Positions 27,386 through 36,826 are shown, counted from the stretch's first letter. The stretch: DNA of 64,000 nt from Thermoplasmata archaeon (GCA_034667725.1 JAXDQS010000003.1:544001-608000); one strand, 5' to 3'. Notes: generated by a model from the letters alone, not told the origin. Numbers and translations are program-made.

Positions 27386-28473
27386 GGCTGCAGCTCTGCG
27401 TCGAGTGCGGCCGGGACGTCCCCGAGACCATCGGCGGCGCCTGCCCCGACTGCTTCGTCGCCAAGCAACCGCTTCTGATGGTGCCCGAGGTGCTGGACGT
27501 GGAGACCTGCGCCCACTGCGACGCCCGCCACGTCGGCAACTCCTGGATCGACCCGGACGAGGGCGTGCCCTTGGAGGAGATTCGCGAGGAGGCGCTCCGG
27601 GCCGCCGTGCGCGTGCACGAGCGGGTCCGCGACGCCCACGTCGAGCTGGCCTGCTCGCCGCAGGACGAGCGCCACTTCCGGTTCGACGTGACACTCACCG
27701 GCAACGTCGAAGGCGCCGCGGTCCACGACGCCCGCAAGGTGCTGGTGCGGATGCGCCGCAGCGTGTGCGACCGCTGCAGCCGCATGTTCGGCGGCTACTA
27801 CGCGGCCGTGCTGCAGTTCCGCGCCACCCAGCGCGACGTCACCCGGCACGAGCTGGAGCGGGCCCACAAGGTGGTCGGCGACGAGCTGGACCGGATGCGC
27901 GCCTCCGGCCACCGCGACGCGTTCCTGACGAAGTCCGGCCCCGTCCCCGGCGGCTTCGACTACTACTTGGGCGACATCGAGGCGGCCCGCATCATCTCCC
28001 GCCAAGTGGCCTCCCGCCTGGGCGCCACCGTCGTCGAGACCGCCAAGCTGGCCGGCCGCAAGGAGGGGGAGGACATCTACCGCGTCACCTTCCTGGTGCG
28101 CATCCAACTCTACGCCCCCGGCGACTTCGCGCGCATCGGCGACGACCGCATCGTGCAGGTCCACAGCGTCGACCGCGGCCGCGCCGTCGTGTGGGACCTG
28201 GCGACCCACAAGCGCGACAAGGTGTCCGAGGAGAGCCTCCGACGCCTGGGCGGCCAAGAAATCCTCCTGGAGGCCGTCCTGGTGAGCCAAGACCCGGCCC
28301 ATCTGCAAGTCCTCGACCCCGTCAGCCTCCAGACCGTGGACCTGGTCCGCCCCGAAGGCTTCGAGGTCCACGGCGCCACCATCTTGGTGCTGCGCCACGA
28401 GGAACGCCTCTACCTCCCGCCCAGCAGCGGAAACGGGCCAAGCGACCCAAAAACCCCTGCCTCCACGGCATAG
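27382..28473 (+). CDS. nmd3: NMD3-like ribosome biogenesis protein
   Basis: Four CxxC pairs, CDRCSRMFGGYYAAVLQFR, KLAGRKEG..YRVTFLVR. Confidence 0.9.
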   Translation: MRLQLCVECGRDVPETIGGACPDCFVAKQPLLMVPEVLDVETCAHCDARHVGNSWIDPDEGVPLEEIREEALRAAVRVHERVRDAHVELACSPQDERHFRFDVTLTGNVEGAAVHDARKVLVRMRRSVCDRCSRMFGGYYAAVLQFRATQRDVTRHELERAHKVVGDELDRMRASGHRDAFLTKSGPVPGGFDYYLGDIEAARIISRQVASRLGATVVETAKLAGRKEGEDIYRVTFLVRIQLYAPGDFARIGDDRIVQVHSVDRGRAVVWDLATHKRDKVSEESLRRLGGQEILLEAVLVSQDPAHLQVLDPVSLQTVDLVRPEGFEVHGATILVLRHEERLYLPPSSGNGPSDPKTPASTA

Positions 28474-28524
28474 GTCCATATACCACCCCCACCAAACGAT
28501 GTGCTGTTCAGGAGCGATTTTCGC

Positions 28525-28914
28525 GTGACCCAACGGATTCTCACCCTCGAAGACTTGGCGATGGCCGTCAGCAACCGCATTGGCATCGAGGAGGAGGACG
28601 CGATGCGCGACGCGAACTTCGTCATGGACATCTTCGGCTTCGACGACCGCGTCATCGACAACGTCCTGGAGCCCGAGGACCGCCAGCTGTTCTACATCCT
28701 CGAGGAGGAGGGCATGCTCACGACCGAGCGCGAGGAGACGACCCTCTACGACGGCCGCGAATGGCGCACCCACTACTGGCTGTTCAAGCGCAACCAGGTC
28801 TTCCTCATGTCGGAGGAGGAGCGCGAGGTCCGCCGCCGCAAGAAGGCGCAGCCCACGGAAGCCACGATCTACGCCCAGATTCCTGAGGAAGCCTGGGCAA
28901 GCCGGCAAATCTAG
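28525..28914 (+). CDS. DUF6015-like protein (Thermoplasmata)
   Basis: FVMDIFGFDDRVIDNVLEPEDRQLFYILEEEGML...GREWRTHYW; GGAG upstream of the GTG. Confidence 0.8.
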   Translation: MTQRILTLEDLAMAVSNRIGIEEEDAMRDANFVMDIFGFDDRVIDNVLEPEDRQLFYILEEEGMLTTEREETTLYDGREWRTHYWLFKRNQVFLMSEEEREVRRRKKAQPTEATIYAQIPEEAWASRQI

Positions 28915-28940
28915 GCGACGCCTTTGGCACCGCCCGATTT

Positions 28941-29002
28941 GAGCGGAGCGCGCAGGCCCCCGAGCGCAGCGATGGGGCCCGCGATGCGAAGCGAGCGGCG
29001 CC
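28941..29002. repeat. REP-like palindromic element between convergent genes
   Basis: GGCCCC-GAGCGCAGCGA-GGGGCC hairpin. CGATGCGAAGCGAG (28982-28995) is the reverse complement of 6338-6351. Confidence 0.6.
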
Positions 29003-29013
29003 TATCTAGCGGC

Positions 29014-29235
29014 TTACCCTTCGTAGATGATGCAGCTTCCGTTGGGGCCGCCCAGGTAGAGGACGCACAGGCCGAGCGCCGTCTCGTGGTAGCAGGCCGT
29101 GTGGATGGTGGCCCGGCAGTAGCCGCCGTTCTCGTAGATGGTCTGCGAGTCCGACGACACGGGGGCCACCGCATCCGCAGGGACCGCGAAGGCCAGCAGT
29201 CCGAGGGCAAGCGTCAGCGTGAGGGCGAGGCGCAT
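29014..29235 (-). CDS. Small secreted 4-Cys protein (73 aa)
   Basis: Signal peptide MRLALTLTLALGLLAFAVPADA; mature part has 4 Cys. Confidence 0.7.
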   Translation of the reverse strand: MRLALTLTLALGLLAFAVPADAVAPVSSDSQTIYENGGYCRATIHTACYHETALGLCVLYLGGPNGSCIIYEG

Positions 29236-29398
29236 AGGGACGGAGCGGCCAGCCCCTTTGAAGACCCTTGCGGGCTTCGTTTTCCATCGCCGGGACTCGC
29301 CAAAGTCATGGCATTGCGCCTGATTTCGCCGGCAATCTGCCATCTGACTGCGCTTTCCGCCCAAACCTTCATGTAGGCGCCACCGTGAGGCGCAGCCC

Positions 29399-29581
29399 AT
29401 GGCAACCCTGGCCACGACCCGCCCCGAATGCACCGAGTGCAGCGCCGCCATCCCCGCCACCCCGCAGCTTCCGGGCGAGATCCTGGACTGCCCCGACTGC
29501 GGCGCCGAACTGGAGGTCCGCAGCCTCACCCCGCTCGTCCTTGCCCTCGCGCCCGCCGTCGAGGAAGACTGGGGCGAGTAA
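29399..29581 (+). CDS. lysW: Amino-group carrier protein LysW
   Basis: CxxC...CPDCG Zn finger and C-terminal EEDWGE. Confidence 0.97.
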   Translation: MATLATTRPECTECSAAIPATPQLPGEILDCPDCGAELEVRSLTPLVLALAPAVEEDWGE

Positions 29582-29582
29582 G

Positions 29583-30449
29583 GTGCCCCGCATCGGGATG
29601 GTCTACTCCCGGCTCCGGAACGACGAGAAGATGCTCCTGGAGGCCGCCCAGAAGCGGGGCGTCGAGATCGTCCCCATCTTCGATGACGACACGGTCCTGG
29701 ACGTCCACGAACGCCCCTGGGACGTCGACGTGGTGCTGGAGCGCAGCATCAGCTTCTACCGCGGCCTCTACATCCTGAAGTTCCTCGCCGTCCACGGCGT
29801 CCCGGCGGTCAACCATTACGACGTGGCGGCCCGCTGCGGCGACAAGGCCGAGACCTCCCTCCTCCTGGCCCGCGCCGGCGTGCCGACGCCCCGCACCAAG
29901 GTCGCCTTCACCCGCGAGGCCGCCCTCAAGGCGTGCGCCGAGCTGGGCTACCCGGCCGTCCTCAAGCCGACCATGGGCTCCTGGGCCCGCTTGCTGGCCA
30001 AGGTGGACGACGCCGAGCAGGCCGACATGGTGTTGGAGCACAAGGAGGCGCTCGCCAACCCGCTGCAGCAAATCTACTACATCCAGGAGTACGTCGCGAA
30101 GCCCGCCGGCAGCGACCCGGCCTTGCCGCACCGCGACATCCGGGCCTTCGTGGTCGGCGACCAGACCATCGCGGCCATCCATCGCAGCTCGCCCCACTGG
30201 ATCACCAACACCGCCAAGGGCGGCCAGGCCAGCAACTGCCCCGTCACGCCCGAATTGCACGAGCTGTGCCAGAAAGCGGCGGCCAGTGTCGGCGGCGGCG
30301 TCCTTGCCCTCGACCTCATGGAGACCCCCGCCGGCTTGGTGTGCCACGAGATCAACCACACGATGGAGTTCAAGAACAGCGTCGCGCCCACCGGCGTCGA
30401 CATCCCGGGCAAGATCCTGGAGTTTTGCGTGCGCGAGGCGAAACGATGA
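29583..30449 (+). CDS. lysX: Alpha-aminoadipate--LysW ligase
   Basis: ATP-grasp: KP.MGSWAR, YIQEYV, HWITNTAKG, EINHTMEFKNS. Confidence 0.95.
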   Translation: MPRIGMVYSRLRNDEKMLLEAAQKRGVEIVPIFDDDTVLDVHERPWDVDVVLERSISFYRGLYILKFLAVHGVPAVNHYDVAARCGDKAETSLLLARAGVPTPRTKVAFTREAALKACAELGYPAVLKPTMGSWARLLAKVDDAEQADMVLEHKEALANPLQQIYYIQEYVAKPAGSDPALPHRDIRAFVVGDQTIAAIHRSSPHWITNTAKGGQASNCPVTPELHELCQKAAASVGGGVLALDLMETPAGLVCHEINHTMEFKNSVAPTGVDIPGKILEFCVREAKR

Positions 30450-30465
30450 CGCTGGCGCGCATCGG

Positions 30466-30526
30466 ACCACGGATGCCCCGAATCGCACGGAACCCATTGG
30501 TCCGTGAAATCCGGGCAATCCGTGGT
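30466..30526. repeat. 9-nt-period palindromic element (CACGGAT family) at the lysX-lysY junction
   Basis: ACCACGGAT-GCCCCGAAT-CGCACGGA ... TCCGTGAA-ATCCGGGCA-ATCCGTGGT. Confidence 0.85.
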
Positions 30527-30555
30527 TGGGCAGGAAGCGGCCGGGAGGCCCTTCC

Positions 30556-31599
30556 ATGACCACCGTGAGCATCCTCGGCGCCTCCGGCTACACCGGCGGC
30601 GAGCTCCTTCGCCTGCTGCTCCAGCATCCTGGTGTCGAGGTCAAAGGCGCCACCAGCGCGCAGTTCGCAGGCGAGTACCTCCACAAGGCGCACCCGAACC
30701 TCCGGGGCAGGACCACGCTCAAGTTCGTGGCGCGCCACGAGCTGCCCGACGCCGACGTCGTCTTCACCTGCGTGCCGCACGGCGCCGCCATGGCGGTCGT
30801 GCCGGGCCTCGTGGAGAAAGGGGTCAAAGTCATCGACCTGTCCGCCGACTTCCGTCTCAAGGACCCGAAGGCCTACGAGCATTGGTATGGCGCGTCCCAC
30901 AAGGCCCCCGACCTCCTGGCCAAGGCCGCCTACGGCTTGCCCGAGGTCAACCGCGAGGCGATTCGCGGCGCCCAACTGGTGAGCGGCGTCGGCTGCACCG
31001 CGACCGCCATCAACCTCGCGCTCCACCCGCTGGCCAAGGCCGGCCTGCTCCGCACGGGCCCGGCGGTCTGCGACATCAAGATCGGCAGCAGCGCCTCGGG
31101 GCTGGAGGCGACCATCGGCAGCATCCACGCGGAGCGCAGCCGCGCCATCCGCCTCTACGCGCCGACCCGCCACCGCCACGTCGCCGAGGTCCAGCAGGCG
31201 CTCGCCCTCCAAGGCGCCACCACGGCGATCCACTACTCGGCCCACGCCGTCGAGCTGGTGCGCGGCATCCTCGCCACCTGCCACGCCTTCGTGGAGCGCG
31301 ACGTCACCGAGAAGGAATTGTGGCAAGCGTACCGCGGCGCCTTCGGGTCGGAGCCGTTCGTCCGCTTCGTCAAGGAGCGCACCGGCATCCACCGCGTCCC
31401 CGACCCCAAGCTCGTGGCGGGCAGCAATTACGCCGACCTGGGCTTCGAGTTGGAGGAAGGCACCCGCCGCGTCGTCGCCACCGCCGCCATCGACAACCTC
31501 GTCAAGGGCGCCGCCGGCTCGGCGGTCCAGTGCATGAACCTGATGCTGGGCCTCGACGAGACCACGGGCCTCATGCAGATCCCGCTCCACCCGGTGTGA
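30556..31599 (+). CDS. lysY: LysW-aminoadipate-6-phosphate reductase
   Basis: GASGYTGGELLR, DLSADFRL, GVGCTAT, AIDNLVKG; lysW operon. Confidence 0.93.
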   Translation: MTTVSILGASGYTGGELLRLLLQHPGVEVKGATSAQFAGEYLHKAHPNLRGRTTLKFVARHELPDADVVFTCVPHGAAMAVVPGLVEKGVKVIDLSADFRLKDPKAYEHWYGASHKAPDLLAKAAYGLPEVNREAIRGAQLVSGVGCTATAINLALHPLAKAGLLRTGPAVCDIKIGSSASGLEATIGSIHAERSRAIRLYAPTRHRHVAEVQQALALQGATTAIHYSAHAVELVRGILATCHAFVERDVTEKELWQAYRGAFGSEPFVRFVKERTGIHRVPDPKLVAGSNYADLGFELEEGTRRVVATAAIDNLVKGAAGSAVQCMNLMLGLDETTGLMQIPLHPV

Positions 31600-31601
31600 C
31601 C

Positions 31602-32399
31602 ATGGTGCTCGTCGTCAAGCTCGGAGGAGGCGCGAGCCTCGACATCGACGCGGTGCTGCGCGACCTGGCCACCCTGGCGGAGCCCTGGATCCTGGTCCAT
31701 GGCGGCAACGCGGAGTTGACGGAGTTGTCCACCAGGCTCGGCCACGCGCCCCGCTTCGTCACGTCGCCCAGCGGCTACTCGTCGCGCGTCACCGACCTCG
31801 ACACCATCGCGGACATCCAGCGTGCCTACCGCGGTCGCATCAACAACGACCTGGTGCTGCGGCTGCAACGGCTCGGCGTCAACGCGGTCGGCTTGTCCGG
31901 CGTCGACGGCAAGCTGCTGGAGGCCGAGCGCAAGGAGGCCATCCGCGTGGTGGAGAACGGCCGCAAGTTCCTGCTCCGGGACGACTACACCGGCAGGGTG
32001 GTGCGCGTCAACGTCGCCCTGCTTCGGCTGCTGCTGGACAACGGCTATCGCCCGGTCGTCACGCTGCCCGCCCTCGCCAACGACGGCTCGGCCGTGAACG
32101 TGGACGGCGACCGCGCCGCCGCCGCCATCGCCGCTGCCCTCGGCGCCAAGGACCTGCTGATCCTTTCGAACGTCCCGGGCCTGCTGCGCGACGTCGCCGA
32201 CCCGTCCACCCTCATCGCGCACATCCCCAAGGCGCAACTGGCCTCGGGGCAGGACGTGGCGCTCGACCGGATGAAGAAGAAGCTGCTCGGCGCCGAGGAG
32301 GCCCTCGCCGGCGGGGTCGCGCGCGTCGTGCTGGGCTCCGCCAACCGCGAGCGCCCCGTCCAGGACGCGCTCGCTGGGCAGGGAACGGTGATCGCGTGA
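31602..32399 (+). CDS. lysZ: LysW-aminoadipate kinase
   Basis: VVKLGG, VHGG, TSPSG.SSRVTD, NVDGDRAAA, MKKKL. Confidence 0.93.
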   Translation: MVLVVKLGGGASLDIDAVLRDLATLAEPWILVHGGNAELTELSTRLGHAPRFVTSPSGYSSRVTDLDTIADIQRAYRGRINNDLVLRLQRLGVNAVGLSGVDGKLLEAERKEAIRVVENGRKFLLRDDYTGRVVRVNVALLRLLLDNGYRPVVTLPALANDGSAVNVDGDRAAAAIAAALGAKDLLILSNVPGLLRDVADPSTLIAHIPKAQLASGQDVALDRMKKKLLGAEEALAGGVARVVLGSANRERPVQDALAGQGTVIA

Positions 32400-33574
32400 G
32401 CGAGGCCAGCCGCATCGCGCGCGCGTTCCCGCCCAAGCCGGTCGATTTCACGCATGGCGCCGGCCATGAGCTGTGGGGCGCCGACGGCCGCCGCTTCGTG
32501 GACCTCGGCGGCGCCAGCCACGGCGTCGCCAACTTCGGCCACAACCATCCCCGCATCGTCGCCGCCATCCAGGAGCAGGCAACGCGACTGCTGCATGTCA
32601 CCCAGACCATCCCGAGCCAGGAGCGCGGCGCCTTCCTCGACGCCCTGCACGCCATCCTGCCGGCGCACCTGGAGCGCACCTTCCTTGCCAACTCCGGCAC
32701 CGAGGCGACGGAGGCTGCCCTCAAGTTCGCCGCCGCCGCGACCGGCCGCAGCAAGTTCGTGGCGCTCCGCAACTCGTTTCATGGCCGCAGCCTCGGAGCC
32801 CTGAGCGCGACGTTCCGGCCGCAGTACCGCAAGCCGTTCCAGCCGCTCCTGCAGGACGTCCAGTTCGTGCCCGTCAACGACGAGGCCGCCCTCGACGCCG
32901 CCGTCACCCACGAGACCGCCGCCATCCTGGTCGAGCCCGTCCAAGGCGAAGGCGGCCTCGCCTCCTGCCAGGATCCATACCTGCGGGCTGCCGAGCGCAT
33001 CGCCCACGCCAAGGGCGCACTCCTCGTGGTGGACGAGATCCAGACCGGCCTCGGCCGCACCGGCACCGACCTCGCCATAACCCCGAGCGGCGCCAAGCCC
33101 GACCTGCTGCTGCTTGGCAAGTCGCTCGCGGGCGGCCTCCCCGTCGGCACCTGCTCGATGACCGCCGAGGTGGCCGCCAAGATGCCCGCCGGGGCGCACG
33201 GCAACACCTTCGGCGGCGCCCCCGTCGTCATGGCCGCCGGCGCCGCCGCCCTCGCCGTGCTGCGCGACGAGCGCCTCGCCGACCGCGCCGCCGCCGAAGG
33301 CGGGCGGCTGGCGGCGGCGTTGGGCGCGCTCGGGTCGCCGCTCGCGCGCGAGGTGCGCGGCCGCGGCCTGATGCTCGGGCTCGACCTGCGCATCAAGGCG
33401 CAGCCGGTGCTTGACGCGCTGCTGGAGCGCGGCTTCCTGGCGCTCGCGGCGGGGCCGACGGTGGTCCGGCTGCTGCCGCCGCTTGCGACCCCACGGGCCG
33501 TGCTGGACGAAGCCGTGGGCCACCTGCGCGACATCCTGGCCGACCCACGGCTCATGCCCGAGGTGCCGGCGTGA
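32396..33574 (+). CDS. lysJ: LysW-aminoadipate semialdehyde transaminase
   Basis: Class III aminotransferase (NSGTEA, FHGRS, DEIQTG, GKSLAGG); operon context. Confidence 0.92.
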   Translation: MSEASRIARAFPPKPVDFTHGAGHELWGADGRRFVDLGGASHGVANFGHNHPRIVAAIQEQATRLLHVTQTIPSQERGAFLDALHAILPAHLERTFLANSGTEATEAALKFAAAATGRSKFVALRNSFHGRSLGALSATFRPQYRKPFQPLLQDVQFVPVNDEAALDAAVTHETAAILVEPVQGEGGLASCQDPYLRAAERIAHAKGALLVVDEIQTGLGRTGTDLAITPSGAKPDLLLLGKSLAGGLPVGTCSMTAEVAAKMPAGAHGNTFGGAPVVMAAGAAALAVLRDERLADRAAAEGGRLAAALGALGSPLAREVRGRGLMLGLDLRIKAQPVLDALLERGFLALAAGPTVVRLLPPLATPRAVLDEAVGHLRDILADPRLMPEVPA

Positions 33575-34656
33575 ACGACGCCGCGGACGCCTTGCTGCTG
33601 CGGGAGGTGGTCGCCATCCCCAGCGTGACGGGCTTCGAGCAGGAGGCCGTGCGCGCCTTGCAGGACCAGGCGCGGCGCGACGGCTTCCGGGTGACCGAGG
33701 ACGCCGCCGGGAACTTCATCGCCGAGGCCGGCAGCGGCCCCCGCCTGCTGCTGTTCGTCGGCCACGTCGACACCGTGCCCGGCCGCATCCCGGTGCGCGA
33801 GGAGGCCGGCGCGCTGTGGGGCCGCGGCGCGGTGGACGCCAAGGGGCCGCTGGTGGCGGCCTACTGCGCGGCGCGACGGCACCTGGGATCGGAGGGCCTG
33901 CGCATCCGGGTGGTCGGGGCGGTGGACGAGGAGGGCGACTCCCGCGGCGCCAAGGCGCTCGACCGCAGCGAACGCCCCGACTGGATCCTGGTGGGCGAGC
34001 CGAGCGGCGTGCATGGCCTGACCTTGGGCTACAAGGGCATCCTACGGGGCTCCTTCTCCCTGGAGCGCCCCGTCATGCACGGCGCCCACCCCGGTCGCAC
34101 CGCCGTCGAGCAGGCGCTGGGCTTCTGGGCCGACGTGGCCGCCAGCTTCGACCTCGCCGACCGCTTCGACGCCCTCCAAGGGCACCTGTTGAGCCTGCAC
34201 ACCCTGAGCGACGGCCTGGTGGACCGGATCGAGGGACGCTTCCACCTCCGCCTCCCGCCCGGCGCCGACCCGGACACCGTGCTTGCCGGCCTGCAGAACC
34301 TGGGGGAACGCCACGGCGCCGAGGTGCAGGGCCACGAACGGATGCGCCCCCACGTCGCGGACAAACGCACCACCCTGGTGGCGGCGTTCCTGCAAGCCAT
34401 CCGCGAGCACGGCGGCGCGCCCCGGCTGCTGCGCAAGACCGGCACCGCCGACCTGAACCACTTGGCGGAATGGTTCCCCGGCGTCCCGATCGCGGCCTAC
34501 GGGCCCGGCGACGCCAGCCTCGACCACACGCCGGAGGAGCGCATCGTGCTGGCGGAGTTCCACGAGGCGGTGGACATCTTGGATCAAGTGTTCACGCGGT
34601 TGGCGGGGTTGCCGGCCCAGGTCGCGGTTTCACCCACCCCCCAACAGCGCTCTTGA
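33571..34656 (+). CDS. lysK: LysW-lysine hydrolase
   Basis: M20 peptidase: GHVDTVPG, GRGAVDAKG, DEE, GEPSG, YGPGD..LDHTPEE. Confidence 0.93.
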   Translation: MNDAADALLLREVVAIPSVTGFEQEAVRALQDQARRDGFRVTEDAAGNFIAEAGSGPRLLLFVGHVDTVPGRIPVREEAGALWGRGAVDAKGPLVAAYCAARRHLGSEGLRIRVVGAVDEEGDSRGAKALDRSERPDWILVGEPSGVHGLTLGYKGILRGSFSLERPVMHGAHPGRTAVEQALGFWADVAASFDLADRFDALQGHLLSLHTLSDGLVDRIEGRFHLRLPPGADPDTVLAGLQNLGERHGAEVQGHERMRPHVADKRTTLVAAFLQAIREHGGAPRLLRKTGTADLNHLAEWFPGVPIAAYGPGDASLDHTPEERIVLAEFHEAVDILDQVFTRLAGLPAQVAVSPTPQQRS

Positions 34657-34678
34657 GGCGCCACCGCATCCCCCTCCC

Positions 34679-36667
34679 GTGGCGCAGCTGCCCTACCAGC
34701 CCCGTCCCGGGCAGGACGCCATGATGGCCGCCATCGCCACGGCGCAGCAGGACGGCGACCACCTCATCCTGGAGGCCGGCACGGGCACCGGCAAGACCGT
34801 CGCCGCCCTCGCCGCCAGCGCCACCACCACGGCCAAGGACGGCCGCCGCCTGGTCTACGCCACCCGCACCAACTCGCAGCAGGCCCAAGTGGTCGCCGAG
34901 CACGGCGCCCTCACGGCCGCGAACCAGGACCCGGGGCTGCTCATCCCGTTCATGGGCCGGCGCCACTACTGCCCGCTCCTGCGCAGCGACCCCCGCTTCG
35001 CCGACGGGACGGCCGAGGAGCTGGGCCGGCTGTGCCGCGACGCCAAGCGCAAGGCCACCCAGCAGCACGAGACCGGCAAGCCGGTGGCCGGCGGCTGCCC
35101 CTACTACCTGCGGCTGCTGCAAGACGGCCCCGGCCCCGTCGAGGCGCTGCTCTCCGAGGGCGGGCTGGACGGCGGCAGCCTGGCCGCCCGCGTCGAGGAC
35201 GCCGGCTCCTGCCCCTACGAAGCCCTCAAGCTCCTGATGCCGCGGGCCCGCACCGTCGTCGTGCCCTACGTCTTCGTCCTCGACGAGCGCCTGCGCACCA
35301 CGCTGCTGCAATGGATGGGCACCGGCCCCAGCGAGTGTCATGTCCTAGTGGACGAGGCCCACAACCTGCCCGAGGCCGCCCGCGCCCACTTCAGCCCCCG
35401 CCTGTCGGTGCGCACCATCGAGCGCGCCCAGAAGGAGGCCGAGGAGTACCAGGACCCTTTGCTGGCGGGCAGCCACCTCGCAAGCGCCGTGCTCGACGCC
35501 CTGCTGCGCGCCATCCACCGGCTGCGCGTGGAGCACGTGCGCGCCGACGCGGCCGGCGAGGAGGCCGACGGCCTGGTCCCGCCCGGCGCCCTCGACGAGG
35601 CCCTGCTCTACGCGCTCCGGATGCCGACCACGGGCCTGGCCCGGGTCGCCACCGACCTGGAGCGCTGGGGCGAGGCGGTGCGCGAGGACCGCCGCGCCAA
35701 GGGCCGGCTGCCGCGCAGCCACCTCGGCGCCGTCGGCGCGTTCCTGCACGGCTGGATGGCCAGCCGCGACGCACCCTATGTCCAGTTGGTGACGGGCGGC
35801 GACAACCCGGCGCTGGAACTGTACCTCCTCGACCCCGCCAGCGTCCTTGGCTGGCTGGCCGAGTTCCACAGCAGCGTCCACATGAGCGGCACCCTCCAGC
35901 CGCTGGCCGACCACCGGATCCTCTGCGGCCTGCCTGCCACGACGCGCCAGGTCGCCATCCCGTCGCCGTTCGACCCGGACCATCTGCGCGTGTACGGGAT
36001 GCAAGGCGTCCACCGCCGCTTCGAGGCGCTCCAGCGCGACCCCACGCTCGCGGAGCGGCAGCAGCGGCTCGCCGTCGACCTCCTCGGCCAATGCCCCGGC
36101 CGCACGGGCCTGTTCTTCCCCAGCCACAAGATGATGGAGGACTACCTGGAGGAGGGCTTCCTGCACGCCGCCGACCGGCCGCTCTACGTCGAGCGCCAAG
36201 GCATGTCCACCACGGAGCTGGGCGAGATGCTGGACGCCTACCGCGGCGAGCCCAGCGGCCGCGCCCTGCTGTTGGCCGTCATGGGCGGCCGCCTCACCGA
36301 AGGCATCGACTTCCCCGGCAAGGCGATGGAGCACCTGCTGGTCTTCGGCATCCCGTACCCCCGCCCGACCGCGCGCCTCCAGGCCCTCGTGCACCACTAC
36401 GACCGCGTCGCCGGCAACGGCTGGCAGGTCGTGGTCCACAACCCGGTCGGCCGGATGCTGCGCCAGGCCGCCGGCCGCCTCATCCGCGGCCCCGACGACC
36501 GCGGCACCGTGGTGGTCCTCGACGAGCGGGTGGTGCGGTTCCACAGCCACCTCGCCCGGCTCCGGATGGTGGACGACCCGGACGGCCTGCGCGCGGGCCC
36601 GGTCCCCGACGGCGGCTACCGCACCGCCGACCTGCTCCCCAGGAAGGCCCCTCCTGGACAGGCATAA
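34679..36667 (+). CDS. XPD/Rad3/DinG-family Fe-S DNA helicase
   Basis: RPGQ Q-motif, EAGTGTGKT, four Fe-S Cys, DEAH, SGT, EGIDF, QAAGRLIR. Confidence 0.93.
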   Translation: MAQLPYQPRPGQDAMMAAIATAQQDGDHLILEAGTGTGKTVAALAASATTTAKDGRRLVYATRTNSQQAQVVAEHGALTAANQDPGLLIPFMGRRHYCPLLRSDPRFADGTAEELGRLCRDAKRKATQQHETGKPVAGGCPYYLRLLQDGPGPVEALLSEGGLDGGSLAARVEDAGSCPYEALKLLMPRARTVVVPYVFVLDERLRTTLLQWMGTGPSECHVLVDEAHNLPEAARAHFSPRLSVRTIERAQKEAEEYQDPLLAGSHLASAVLDALLRAIHRLRVEHVRADAAGEEADGLVPPGALDEALLYALRMPTTGLARVATDLERWGEAVREDRRAKGRLPRSHLGAVGAFLHGWMASRDAPYVQLVTGGDNPALELYLLDPASVLGWLAEFHSSVHMSGTLQPLADHRILCGLPATTRQVAIPSPFDPDHLRVYGMQGVHRRFEALQRDPTLAERQQRLAVDLLGQCPGRTGLFFPSHKMMEDYLEEGFLHAADRPLYVERQGMSTTELGEMLDAYRGEPSGRALLLAVMGGRLTEGIDFPGKAMEHLLVFGIPYPRPTARLQALVHHYDRVAGNGWQVVVHNPVGRMLRQAAGRLIRGPDDRGTVVVLDERVVRFHSHLARLRMVDDPDGLRAGPVPDGGYRTADLLPRKAPPGQA

Positions 36668-36708
36668 CTCGCAATACCTTTATATGCACGGGAAATGAGG
36701 GTCGCTAC

Positions 36709-36826
36709 GGAAGAGGCGCGCTGGAGTTTCTGAGTGCATCCCATCCCCTCCCTCGTGAGGCCAGCGAACCCTTCCTCCGCGCCCAGTCAGCCCTAGAAAA
36801 GCTGGCTGGGCGCGGTCATTCTTGTT
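36709..36826 (+). ncRNA. Candidate structured small RNA with its own TATA box
   Basis: TTTATAT at 36679-36685; stems GGAAG/CTTCC and CGCTGG/CCAGCG; 15-bp hairpin at 36777-36815; T-rich tail. Confidence 0.4.

Noticed and set aside
36696-36734. 12-aa ORF MRVATEEARWSF
   Set aside because: The ATG is too close to the TATA box to be within the transcript, and there is no other support.
36709-36826. Lysine riboswitch (AGAGGCGCG start) or 5S rRNA
   Set aside because: Lacks the downstream GAAAGG/GCCGAA riboswitch core and has no sense gene downstream; lacks the conserved 5S CCGAAC loop.
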